DNA of 64,000 nt from the human T2T-CHM13v2.0 reference genome, Homo sapiens, in assembly GCF_009914755.1 (NCBI RefSeq), contig NC_060939.1. The stretch is one strand, 5' to 3'. This document shows positions 1 to 13,620 of this stretch, piece by piece. A program made the position numbers and the translations under genes. Each line of letters starts with the position of its first letter. Within the stretch, counting starts at the first letter, position 1. The notes under the pieces are model-generated. The model saw only the letters and a list, made by a program, of their open reading frames with translations. It did no database searches and was not told the DNA's origin.

Positions 1-1594
1 CACGGGGTGACACCATTCCCTGCAGAGATGAATTCTTTTAAGGAGACCTCATTTCTGAAGTTCCCAGTGTTTAGCAGATATATCATTGTGATATGAGTAA
101 TAATATTGATAGTAGTGACAATGCAATTGCTAATAATGGTAACTGTAGCAGCCAGTGTTATTGCCAAGGTCTGGGAATGTATAGGTGTGCCAAGGATTGT
201 CTTGGAGTGGATTGTCTTCACACATTTTCTACCATGTTTCTATGCTTCAAATGTACATAGATGCTTTTGTATGATTATGAAAATATAAATTTCTTCAAAA
301 GTTGTAATGAGTTCATTGTAACTTTCATCATATGGTACATGTTTTTTAACCAACAGACACTAAACCTATACCCACTATTATTTGAAGCCCATAATTCCCC
401 CACTCCCTCCCCAGCAACTTGCTTGAATAAAAAGGGTATTTTTCTCCTTGACTGGTTAGGAACCTTTGAAAGCGATCTAAGGAATGAAAGGAGCCTGGCT
501 TCTTTTCTTGAGTTATGCTGCCATCTGCTGGTCGTGAGCTGGAAAACAGCTCATCTTTGAAAACCCCAACCCTCTTCTGAGCGCCTCCATGAATACACGC
601 GTGTTCTTTGGCTTCCTTGGGGGCATTTCTTCTATCCTTACCAGTATTCCTCCTTTGACTTTATTCATACTTGGCTGATTTAAGGTTTCGATGGAAATTA
701 TTTTATTGAGTATCACGCATGGTGGAAAATTATTTTTTGTAAACAGAGCTTCACCCACGGAAGTTGTTGACAAAGGAAATTCTATTGAAACCTCAGTTTC
801 ATCCTGCAGTAAAACCAATCTCTTTGCCCCCAAGAAGAAACAAAAGTGCCAAGGTTAGTTTTGGTCTGCTCCCAAAGCATCATCTGCATCCTTCTAGTGC
901 CTTTTTGGGGATCTGGGGGCTCTGAGTACCCATGAAGCTTTTGCTTCAAAACCTGTGAGTTTTTGGAAAGTGCAAGAAAGGCAAAAGAATAAGTTCATGT
1001 TTTAAACCCTGAGCCAAAATGTCAGGCCAGGCTTCCTTTATTGTTAGCTAAAAACAGGATAGAGTTTCTACCCAGAATATGTATTAACTAAGTAATTAAT
1101 TAACAAACTTACCTTCTCTTCCTGGGAAGACATTTCTGCTTGGTAGGGCTTTCTTCTGTGAGGGTTAGGAGCAGGAGAGCATTATCTTATTTAAACCTTT
1201 CTGCACATCAGGGAGAGATGCCTGATTTCTGTCTGTGATAGGTCGTGACCCAGGAAGTAATGTCTTACTCCTGGCGGTTCCTCAAAGCTGATGCTGTGTT
1301 CTTACTCAGGTAGGAACGTGTAACTGCTCACTCAGATGATTTGCCAATGAAGGATGGGAGAAAAGCTCTCTTGAGTTTTTAGTAAAGGTCAGAGGTGAAT
1401 AGCTCAGTATGAAAATGAAGTTCACAAGATTTAGCTCTAAAATGAGGCCGGTAGGATAGCAGGGGGCAGGAAGAGCAGAGAGAGGAAGAAAGCACACACA
1501 CACACAGTAGAACAGAGGTTGCTGTCACGCATCACACTGAAATGTTACACGCCAAGGCTGCTTTGGGGAGGGGGGATAAATGAGCATATTCGTC

Positions 1595-1896
1595 TTTTTT
1601 TTTTTTTTTTTTTTTTTGATGGAGTCTCACTCTGTCTCCCAGTCTGGAGTGCATTGGCATGATCTCAGCTCACTACAATCTCCGCCTCCCAGGTTCAAGC
1701 GATTCTCCTGTGTCAGCCTCCTGAGTAGCTAGGATTACAGGCGCGTGCCACCATGCCCGGCTAGTATTTGTACTTTTAGTAGAGATGGGGTTTTGCCATG
1801 TTTGCCAGGCTGGTCTCGAACTCCTGACCTCAAGTGATCCGCCCCCCTCGGCCTCCCAAAATGTTGGGATTACAGTCATGAGCCACCACGCCTGGC
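1595..1896 (-). mobile_element. AluS (Sx-like), full length
   Basis: Poly(T) followed by reverse Alu consensus. Degenerate TSD taaatgagcatattcgtc / taaataagaatattcttc. Confidence 0.93.
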
Positions 1897-4189
1897 TCTA
1901 AATAAGAATATTCTTCAACTGCAGTGGGACTAAATTTCAGTAGAGTAAAGCTCCTCGAAGATGCCAGTGGTGGGCCAGGTCAATGCAGCTTCTGGTTTCT
2001 TGATCCCAGAAAGTTGCCAAGGCTGGGTTCTAGCTTTGATTGTTTAATAACAAGCTGAGCCAACCTAGGCAAATCTGTGACCTGTCTAAGCCTAGGATTC
2101 CACATCAGAATGTGATAATATTGATGTAGAATGTATATCATATTTCAGAGTTGATAACATTTCTCAGCCAAGTTCTGTAGCTTACTCCAGGTCCTGCATG
2201 GTTCTTGTGGAGCATCTTGGATAGTTTGTACTTTGGCTGCTGAAAATTGGATTCCTTTTCCCCTGTCAAACATGTGCACATGTTGTAGCAAATAAATAAG
2301 ACCCCTATTGAGTTTTGGATATTTATTTTGTCTCTGAGCTCTCTGATAGTTCTGTTTTTCTCTTGTTATATAATCCTATCATCTGCAAGTAACTAGTTCT
2401 TTGGCTCCTTTCCTCTCTTTTTTTCCATTATAAAACATTTCAAATATGCAGAGAAGAGAGAATAATATAAGCAGCCCTATTCAGAGCACCTAGCTTTATA
2501 AAATCATAAACTATGTTTACTCCAGATGTCAAAATTGATGAAGCATTACTCCTTTTGATAATATTCTTCTCCCTCGCCGGAGGTCATGATCACCATTGTC
2601 ATAAGTTTGGTGCTTTACATTCACGCATTTTTTACACTTTTTGCATATACATGTGTATCATAAACATTGTACAGCAGTCTTTTGAATGTTTCAAAATTTA
2701 GATAAAACCATATTATATTACATGTATAGATATATAATTATTATAAATTATGCAACTTGTTTTTTGTGTAAAATTATGATTTTGAGAATACTCTGTTGGG
2801 GGAGAAAACTATATAACTCAATGTCATTTAATTCAAATTTTTATATGCATATTTCATAATGTATCCATCTGTTCTCCTTTTGAGGGACATTTAAGTAGTT
2901 AATAAACTTTTCTTGCTATTACAAATAAAGCTGCAAAAAGTGTTGTCAGGAAGGAATTTTTCTAGGCTATGTACCTAGAAGAGGAATTGCTGGGTGAAAG
3001 GCTGGAAACATTGTTCTCCAAAGGGATTGCATTAATTTGCACTCTCACCAGTAGTATACGGTGTATATTTAGCTTATACTGTTCTTGTTCAACTTTGGTA
3101 TCATTGTTATGTCCTCTCTTTCTTTTCCTTAAAGGAAATTATATAAGATAGGGATTGTTAATTTTTTGAAGGTTTGGTAAAACCAGCCTCTATAACCAAG
3201 TGAGCCTGCCATCTATGGAGACAATACATTTAGATGACCAATTCATTTTGTAATGGTATTTGTATATTCAGGTGCGGTAGTTCTTGTTTTGAAAAATTAT
3301 ATTTTAAAAGTTTTACAATTTATCAGCATAAAAGTATTCATCGTCTTTTCTTAGGACATTTAAAATCTGTTGGATCTGTAATTGTAAGTCCTCCTTTTTT
3401 GTACTAATACAATTTCCATTAATATTCACTCTTCATCTCACCAGCTATTTAGAAGTGCATTTTAAGTGTCAAAATACCGTTAAATATTGATCATTTATAT
3501 ATACTTGTGCTATGACCGGATGATGCAGTCTGTATGATTTTTATTCTTAGAAATCAAAATGTGTTAGGACTTTGTTTTTGTTGTTGTTAGGTGTATACAT
3601 ATTTATAACCATTATATGTTACGGGTGAATTGAAACCTTTGTCATTATGTAATGTACCCTTAATCCCTGATAGTAGTCTTTGTTCTAAGTTTACTATCTG
3701 ATATTATCTAAATCTCCAGCATCTTTCTGATCAGTGTTTGTATAACTTTTTCCATTTTTTTGCTTTCAATTTATGTATATTTTTATAATTAAGTGAATTT
3801 CTTGTAATTAATATATAGTTAGGTCTTCCTTTCTCCACCTAAACTGACTCTCTTTATTTTTAAATCCGTGTGTATAGAACATTTATACTTATTGTAATTA
3901 TTTATATGGTTGAATTATAGCCTATCATCTTGCTGGCTATTTTCTATTTGTTTTGCATGTTTTTTGTTTTTTCTTTTCTCCCACCCTCTTTTAGATTATT
4001 TTCATAATTCCATTTTACGTTCACTATTGGTATATTACTTATTCCTCTTTGTAAAAAATTTAGTGGTGTCTTAGCGCTTACAATATACATCTTTAATTAA
4101 TCATAATGTGCCTTCAAGTATTATTCTATTACTTCACTTTTAGTGTAAGAGCCTTACAACAGAACACTCATTTCTTCTCTCCTGTTTTA

Positions 4190-4622
<433 letters not shown>

Positions 4623-5559
4623 CTAGAGATCTTCATTTCTTTGTGAACATCCAAGTTTCAAATGTAGATAGGTATTATATTTCTTATGCCTGAGGAACTT
4701 CCCGTTACTATTTCTTGTAGTGAAATTATGATGGCAATACATTTTCTCAGTATTTGTTTGTCTGATGGATCTGTTTCTTCTCTTCAATTTTGAAAATATT
4801 TTTGCTGGGTATAAAATCTGGGTGGACAGTTTTTTTTTTTTTTCCAGTTAGAAATTTAAAGCTTTCACCCTATTGTCTTTTGGCTTGCATACTTTCTGAT
4901 GAGAAGTCTGCTGTATTCTTATCTTTATTTATTAATTTTTTTGTATGTAACATGATTTTTTTTCTTTTGCTCCCTTCAAGATTTTCCCTTTATATTTGAT
5001 ATTCAGCTATTTGAATATCATGTGCTTAGGTGTACCGCCACCTCCTCATCTTCCTTCTCCTCCTTCTTCTTGGGATTTACTCTATTGAGGTTCTATAAGT
5101 TTTATGAACTTATGGTTTGATTGGTTTCATTACTTTAGGAAAATCCTTTGCCTTTGTCTTTCCAAATACTTCTTCTTTCTCTTATCTTTCTTGAATTCCA
5201 ATTGCACCTATGTTAGATTGTTTGATATTTTCCCATAGCTCTTAGATGTTTTTCTCTGTTTCTTCCCTTATTTTTCTCTTTATGTTTCAATTTTGGTAAT
5301 ATTTTTTGAGTTATCTATAACTCCAGTAATCCTTTGTTTTTGCCATGATGAGCCTAATAATGAGTCTATCAAAGACATTCTTAATATCTGTTACATTATT
5401 TAAAACAATTCTAGCGTTTCTTTCTGAATCTTATAGCTTGCATCTTTTTGCTGGAATTTCTCAACTGCTCATGCGTGTTAACCATTTTTTCCTTTAAGGC
5501 TTTAATATATTAATAATAATTATATTAAATTCCCTGCCTGATAGTTCCAGTATTTATAT

Positions 5560-5561
5560 TA

Positions 5562-5596
<35 letters not shown>

Positions 5597-5843
5597 TGAG
5601 ACAGAGTTTTGCTCTTGTTGCCCAGACTGGAGCGCAATGGCATGATCTCAGCTCACCGCAACCTCTGCCTCCCAGGTTCAAGTGATTCTGCTGCCTCAGC
5701 CTCCTGAATAAGTGGGATTACAGGCATGCACCACCACACCTGGCTAATTTTTTGTATTTTTAGTAGAGACGGTGTTTCTCCATGTTGGTCAGGCTAGTCT
5801 CAAACTCCCGACATCAGGTGATCTGCCCACCTTGGCCTCCCAA
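5560..5843 (-). mobile_element. AluSp/Sq-like, 5'-truncated, with tail converted to (TTA)n
   Basis: Reverse Alu with gctcttgttgccc diagnostic. (TTA)n microsatellite at about 5560-5595. Confidence 0.9.
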
Positions 5844-7171
5844 CTGAGTATTATTTTTTAAGTGATTATGTCTTGATATGATGTTGTTTTACTCTTGCTT
5901 CTTTGTATGTCTTGTAATGTTGGGTTGCAAGTCAGATGTTTTGTATGACAGTAGGGACTAAAAAATGTGTACACCTCTTTTGCTAGGTTTTAACAGTATG
6001 TGGGGAGGTTAAGAAAATCTAGGCAGTAGTTGAGCTTGGTTTGGATTTTGTTTTAGCTATGGTTACCTTAGAAACTTTTTGAAACTTCCTTTTTTATTGA
6101 GGAATAATTTATGTACAGTAAATTTACCCCTTTTAGTATACAGCACTGTGAGTTTTGACAAAGGCATGCAGTCATGTAACCATCAACACAAGCAAGATAC
6201 AGGACAATTCCATTACCTCCTGGATTTCCCCATGCCATTTTGTGGTCAGCCCTTTCTCCATCCCCAGTCCTTGGCAGCCAATGATCTTCTTTATGTTACT
6301 TACATGGAATTATACAATAGGAAGCCTTTTGAATTTGCTTCTTTTACTTAGCATAATGCATTTGGAATTTATCCATGTTATTGCATTTTTAGTAGTTTAT
6401 TTTTATTGTGGAGTAGTATTCCATGATTTGAATGTATTACTGTATTTTGTCTATCCATTTACCTGTTGAAGGGATCTTTGAATTGTTTCCAGATTTTGGC
6501 ATGGCTAAATTAGTGTTTGACTTAGGATGTTTCTAACTATATTTATATATGAATTTGTTCTACTATTTTTCTCTTGCTAATTTAATGTTTATATCCTTAT
6601 TATTTCCCTTTTTGTTCTATGTTCTATGCTTCAGTTATCGTTCCTAAAGGCAGTAAATGTGCTAGGATCTTTGTAAAGGAGACAGAATGAAGTATCGTGA
6701 TTTCACCACTCAGGTATCTTTGAGTGTAAGAAAAGAAAGAGAGGGGAAGTTGGATTTTATTGCCAGACTCACTGAGGCACAAGAATGTATGTCCTTACGC
6801 TATTTGGTTGACGTTGGCACCAGGATTTCCCATCATGAACATTTTCTGATTCTTCATGAGATAATATTTCAGTATTTGAGGAAGTAAGATGGCCATCTCC
6901 TAAGTCCACTCTTTTATTTCTTTCTTGGGGCTACACACAGTAAAAGTACGCCCCGTTTATGGAACCATGCTAGAGCTGCAAAAAGAGCCATCTTCTCAAC
7001 ACCCCTATTTTATAGATTTTTTTAAATGCGGGCTTCGAGAGGAGAAGAAAATTGTTTGAGGGCTCCTGGTGGTTAAGTTCTGAAAGTTAGACTCTTCATT
7101 TTTTGGAGGGTGGCATCACAGGTTGGGTGAAGGCCTGACCCCTACACCTGGAGAATGTAAGAAGTTACACA

Positions 7172-7479
<308 letters not shown>

Positions 7480-8764
7480 AGTTACACAGATATTCAGGCA
7501 AGAATTTGTTTCCTCTTTTCTTTAAGCAAATTAGGCCCAAGTACATATTTTCTGAAGTGATCCTCTTATTTGTCTTTTGATTTACCTCAGATTAGGACCT
7601 GATCTAAGGTAATATGTGAGAGGCCGGGGTGCCTGTTCTTAAGAACTCTATTTCATTTCATGGTGGCTAGAGAGCTTATTAAAATATTTATGTGTGTGAA
7701 CTTTGGGGAGCCGTAGCCTTTATTTATTTTCTCCTTAAATGACGATGTAATTTACGTGAAAGAGAATTCTCTGCTTTCAAAAAAGGCAATTGAAGAGTAT
7801 ATATGACATGCATCTGTGTCTGCACATGCTTTTCCCTCTGTCTGGAATACATGTCCTTATCTTTGCTTAGAGAGCTTTCACTCTTCCTTCAGGGTGAGTC
7901 ACCTCATACTTTACCCAACTGGATCACAAGTGTCCCCTTAGAAGTGGTTTTATAGCATACCTCTATCTTGATAATCATCACACTAAATTTTAATGGCTGG
8001 TTTTCTTGTTTATCTCTTTAATTAGACTGAATTTCTTTAGGGTGATGCCCTCAAGCCTAACACATGTTGAATGTGACTTTGGTGTAGCTTAAATCACTTG
8101 CTGGACTAACCATTGGGCCTGAAGGCAACTGAAACAAAGTGTATGTAATGACAATTTTGTCATGGACCTTGGATTGCCAATGGCTTCTGTTGCCTTAAAG
8201 GAAAAGCTTACAAAGTACTGTTGCTAACATTTCTTTCATCTTTTGAACTCTCCTGAATCAAGAATCTTGGGTAGGCCAATTCAGTATATAGGCTGGAGAT
8301 CGGAGGAGATGATTTATGTAGAGCGTCATAAAATATGTGTTGGCCCTTTCTCCTTTTATCTCTTCCCTTATAACTCTGGCTTTTTCTAACTGACTTGGAG
8401 AGACATTTTAAGGGCTGCCTGCGTCAGACCCATTTATGATTTATGGCTCTGCCTTCTCAGCCACCCTGGGAAGAATATTAAAATATCACCCAAGGCTACA
8501 TCAGCAGCCTATTACTATATTAGAGAGAAGGATATATTAAGAAAAGCAAAGGTCTGCAACAGTCTCCAGGAATAGCTCTCTTAAGTAAACACGTCTAGCT
8601 TATACATTTTGACATCAGAGGCATCTTCTTGTAACAAAAGACTCACCAATTAGTTTTCCCATGGAAATCTGAAGAATTTAGTGATAGCTTTTGGAGGCCC
8701 CTGTTTAAAAGTCTGTAGCAAATTTGGCCCTAAGAAAAATTTCTCAAAATAGTTTGGTTTTCTA

Positions 8765-8930
8765 GACCAATGATTCTCAAATTTCTTTAAGTATAATAAT
8801 CTGGTCTCTGCCATTGGTGATTCTGGTTCAAGAGGTGTAGGCTGGAATTTAGGAAATGACATCTTTAATAATAACCTCAAGTTTATTCTGATGCAAGTGG
8901 TCTGGGGTCCTGCTTTTGGTGAACACTTGC
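8765..8930. mobile_element. MER5-like hAT-Charlie fragment
   Basis: caatgattctcaaa...gattctggttcaagaggtgtaggctgg...ttctgatgca resembles MER5A/B. Confidence 0.55.
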
Positions 8931-9509
8931 CCGGGACTTCTTGTGTGGGGTCTTTTAGCAGAAGCTAATGATTGGCAGCTCTAGATTAAGGTTCTGAGCA
9001 GGACATGATAGAGCATGAAGGATAAGGGTCACTGGCCCATTGTAGGTGGTCATGGAGTGAATTATTTGGTGGCCCTTTTGAAAAGGAACAATGGCCATCA
9101 GCACCCTGTGCTATCTCTGTCATGCCGATTTCCACTGTATTGTAGTTGCCTATTTGCTTGCACTTTTTTCCAATTAGACTGGAGAGCAGGGACCATGACT
9201 TTCCTCTCTATACTCATAGCACCTAGTACCATGCTCAGTGTTTGCAGAAGACTAAATATGTAAGTGAATGAATAGAAGAATGAAAGAAAGTGTTGTAATT
9301 ATTTGCAAATGAAGACATATTTAAAGGCTTCCAGCCTAAAAGTTTGACCAAGCTTGTTAAATATAGCCAACAGAGGAAGATGGTAATGTATGTGAGATAC
9401 ATTTTTAAATGTTGCATTGTTCTTTCCTATTAAATATGCAGGAGTTGGAGAGGTGCAGTGACTCCCACATGTGGCTGCGCCTCAGAATCGTCTAGGTGCC
9501 TTATTGTCT

Positions 9510-10075
9510 TTTTAACTGAGTTTTAAAAAAAAGTGAACACATAATACATACGCTTGGCATAAAGTGAAAATTAAGTGTATTATTCCTCACTTCCATTGTG
9601 CCTCCCTGGAAACAACCGTTTCTATCAGTTTCTTGTGTAGCTCTCCAGATATATTTGGAAGCATATGTATCCATGCCCTTTCTTACCTTAATGAGCCTGT
9701 CTTGTAAACTCTATGTTGCATCTTGATTTTTTAACTTAACAATATATCTTAAAGATTATTCCATATTAACACATATAGATCTACCTCATTTACTACGATG
9801 GCTACATGGTATTCCATTATATGGCATCTATTACATATGTATGTATGTAGTAATCCATTGTTGTTACAAGCAGTGTTACAATGAAGATCAGTGAATGTAT
9901 CTCTTTGAATACATGGGCAAGTATGTGTAGGATAAATTCCTAGAGGTGGTATTCCTAGGTCAAAGAGAACGTGCATTTCAAATTTTGCAAAATTGCTCCC
10001 CAAAGAGGCTGCATGGATTATATTCTACCAATAGTATGAATGAAAGGCCTATTTCCCCACATCTTTGTTGGGACA
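9510..10075 (-). mobile_element. L1ME-like 3' end fragment
   Basis: Reverse L1 3' motifs (aattcctagaggtggtattcctaggtcaaag, atgaaaggcctatttccccacatc). Confidence 0.65.
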
Positions 10076-10505
10076 ATTTTTTTAAAAATGAAGATTCTCA
10101 GACCTTCACAATTCTATGGCTTCCAAAACTTCTAGGACCACTCCAGGGACCTGCATGTTTTAAAAATGTCTCAGAAAGTGAGGTGTTATTAATATTTAAA
10201 TTTCACACTATTTCACATTTCTGTGATTCTGACTTAGAAGGTCCGTGGACCTGCCTTTGAAAACCAGCAGGTTGGTGCATAGCACTCCGTATGCACCTAC
10301 GCTAGACACTGGCTTCCAGGTCCTGAAGCCCTTCCCCACTAATAAACAAACAGCTAAGAAGTGGGGAAGTGGTCTGGGTTGAAAATAATGCTCTGGCACC
10401 TTTTGCTTGCACATCTCCTTTTTCTGCCTTGCTGTGTTTTCCATTTTGGTCTTAAGTCTCTTTTTTTCTCAGATGAATCACTCAAGGGTCAACCTCTTCC
10501 CACAG

Positions 10506-10639
10506 GTTCACAAGAATGTACTTTAAACATGTACTCTTTGAGGACACATTCTTTGACGAGTGCTATTTTGAAGACGTAACATCAACAGATACCTACTTCA
10601 AAAATTGTACCATTGAATCAACCATCTTTTACAACACAG
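10506..10639 (+). CDS. SV2B: SV2B coding exon, 4th from last (134 nt); luminal domain pentapeptide repeats
   Basis: Acceptor cttcccacag|G, donor CAG|gtaggt. Translates FTRMYFKHVLFEDTFFDECYFEDVTSTDTYFKNCTIESTIFYNT(D), recognised as the SV2B luminal loop. Its phase joins the next exon in frame. Confidence 0.97.
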
Positions 10640-12216
10640 GTAGGTAAGAACATTGACAGATTGAATAGAAAGTAACAGGAGACAACTTGTGTTGTCCAAG
10701 AATCAAAATGGTCAGGCATAAACTTTAGGAGTAGGAAAGTATTCGTAGATACAAATGCCAAGCCTTGGTGGGGAAATGGATTTTAGCCCCAGGCATGGCA
10801 CAAATTAGGTGCACAGCCTTTGCTAAGGCATTTAATGTATCTGCGTCTCAGTTTTATCACAAATGAAATGGAAACAAAAGTTGTAGCCAAATGTCCTCAT
10901 GTCAGTGAGGCTGATGCTATACACGAAGGGTCTTTGGTATGAACAAAGGATGACACAAATAACAACTGGCATTCCAGGAGGGCTGCATTTTATGCACGGA
11001 ATGCATTCTTGAAGACCTTGCACAATTTGAAACTTGCAAAATGCAAGACTCATGTTCTCACAATAATAAATGGAAAGGGAAAATTACATCTGTTCACATT
11101 TTTTGCATAAAGTGAAATACAAAGACTATTTTAAAATCATACTATTTCAGATTTCTGTGATTTAAAAAGTCCCAAAATTCTACCACTACACCTCTTCTTG
11201 TTACTTTTACTACCCTCATCATAAATTAATAACATACCAAGTGAAGTCGGGGTATAAGGAAACCAACTGAGCTTCATTAGGGGGCTTTACCTACATTGTC
11301 TCAAGGGAGAAATGTACTATTTTTTTTTAATCCTTCTCTTATAGCTAAGGAAACTGAGTTAAGGAAATCAAGACTTAAGCAACTTGCTCAAGGCCGTGGT
11401 TAGCAAGTGGAAGGAGTTTGGATTCATTCCTCAGTTGTTTGGCTCTGAAGCCTGCAATCTTTCCACAGAACTACTTGCATTATGTCCAGATCTATGCTTT
11501 ATTCTTGGCATCAGCAGCAAGGGATAGTTTATATAAGAACATCTTTTTCCTCTATGATATCAGCCTCAAGAGCTTCAAGATCTGGTCTCTAAATATTCTG
11601 GAGTCTCTTAATAATTCATTCTGGCACTAACCTTCCTGAATTTCCTTTTAGACTGATCTTGAAACAATAATGAGTTCCGGAAGTTTAATAAGTGTCATTA
11701 GAAACTGGCATATTGTTTTATGATTTCAAGTTTGAATGATGCCTCCTCATTTGAATACTCTTACCATGGAGATTCTTGCAAACACGTGTAGTCAGGAAAT
11801 GTCAGAGCTGGGAGAAGCAGTGGAGATGATCATGTGCACTCTTCCAATTTTGTAGATTTTGTAGGTAGAGCCTCAGGGAGGTTAAAGAGGGTCAGCAGCA
11901 GGGCCAGCTCCCCAAACGCAGGTTTCTAGGGAGCCTGTTTAGTACTTTTTCTGTCAGAACAGCTGATCTTAGAAGGTGTCAGAAGACTTGCAAACTGGTT
12001 CCAATGCAAATGGCTTTTATTTTTTAAGAATGTTCAGGTTTTGGCACAGACTACAGCATGGGCTCTGGAGTGATCGGCTCCATCTGGAACCAACTCTCTT
12101 GTGTTCTGCTCCCCTATGCCAGGTAGCCTCCAAGGAGAGGCCTAGCTGCCGTGGCCCTCAGTGTCTCAGTGTCACCTGATTGGTACAAACAGGACTGTTA
12201 TCCAGCTGGAGAGATG

Positions 12217-12530
<314 letters not shown>

Positions 12531-12798
12531 TGAGAGGATGCATTTTGAAGTCTCTCAATGTTAGTTTAATTTCCCCTTGCTTTTAGGAACTTGAACAGGT
12601 CATTACATTTTTGGAAGTTTCTCTCCTCATCCATACCTTGATGACATGGCCACATATTACCTTGACTTTGAGGCTGTCTGACTGGCAAAGGCTGGCACAG
12701 CCTGCCTACAGGAGGGGGCAGACTTCATCCCTGCCTCTGCCTTTCTCTCTCCAGCTCCCTTCCACTTACATGAACCGAAGGTTTCCTTCTCTCCCCAG

Positions 12799-12999
12799 AC
12801 CTCTACGAGCACAAGTTCATCAACTGTCGGTTTATCAACTCCACCTTCCTGGAGCAGAAGGAGGGCTGCCACATGGACTTGGAGCAAGATAATGACTTCC
12901 TGATTTACCTCGTCAGCTTCCTGGGCAGCCTGTCTGTCTTACCCGGGAACATCATTTCTGCCCTGCTCATGGATAGAATTGGAAGACTCAAGATGATTG
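12799..12999 (+). CDS. SV2B: SV2B coding exon, 3rd from last (201 nt)
   Basis: Acceptor ttctctccccag|AC, donor TTG|gtgagt. Translates (D)LYEHKFINCRFINSTFLEQKEGCHMDLEQDNDFLIYLVSFLGSLSVLPGNIISALLMDRIGRLKMI(G), including the MFS motif DRIGR. Confidence 0.97.
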
Positions 13000-13419
13000 G
13001 TGAGTTGCCAGCAGGGTCATTCCTGGGTTCCAACGCGCTGGGGTGGTGACTTTCAAGTGTATTAAACAGGGAAATTTTCCCTTTTATTAAATAATTCTTG
13101 CACAACAAACCCAACAAGTAAGATTGCACCCAGGGCTATAGAGCCAAGGATGTGTGCCTACAGAAGACTCCAGGGCTCCTGGGAAATAGTCAAGAATCTT
13201 TGGTCTAGGCGAGGGACTTTTGTTCATTTCCTGACAGAGAAATTCTGTGACAGTCATTTAATCTATTAGCACTTCAATAAGGGTAGTAATAATATCCACC
13301 CTGCCTCTTCATCCGATTATTGTCAGAAAAATATATAAAATGCTCCTGGGTGATGGTTTGATGTTTGAAGATAAATTGTGTTACTTTTATTATTTAATAG
13401 CAATACCACTTTAGGCTTT

Positions 13420-13620
13420 GGAGTTGGACAGAGTCATGTTGAAATCCTATCACCGAAAGGCTGTTTGACCTTGAATGTGTTCCTTTACTTCTCTGGGCCT
13501 CAGTTTCCTTATTTATAAGAGAATGATTTTCCACATCCAGCTGGTAGGGTTTTGTGAGAATTGAACATAAGGTACCTGTAACACTTGGCACATCGTCGGT
13601 TCTCAAAAATGGTAGCTATA
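13420..13620. mobile_element. MIR
   Basis: MIR core ctctgggcctcagtttccttatttataa...gttttgtgagaattgaa. Confidence 0.7.

Noticed and set aside
513-833. 106-aa minus-strand ORF in the intron
   Set aside because: No recognisable homology, non-ATG start, and no supporting gene structure.
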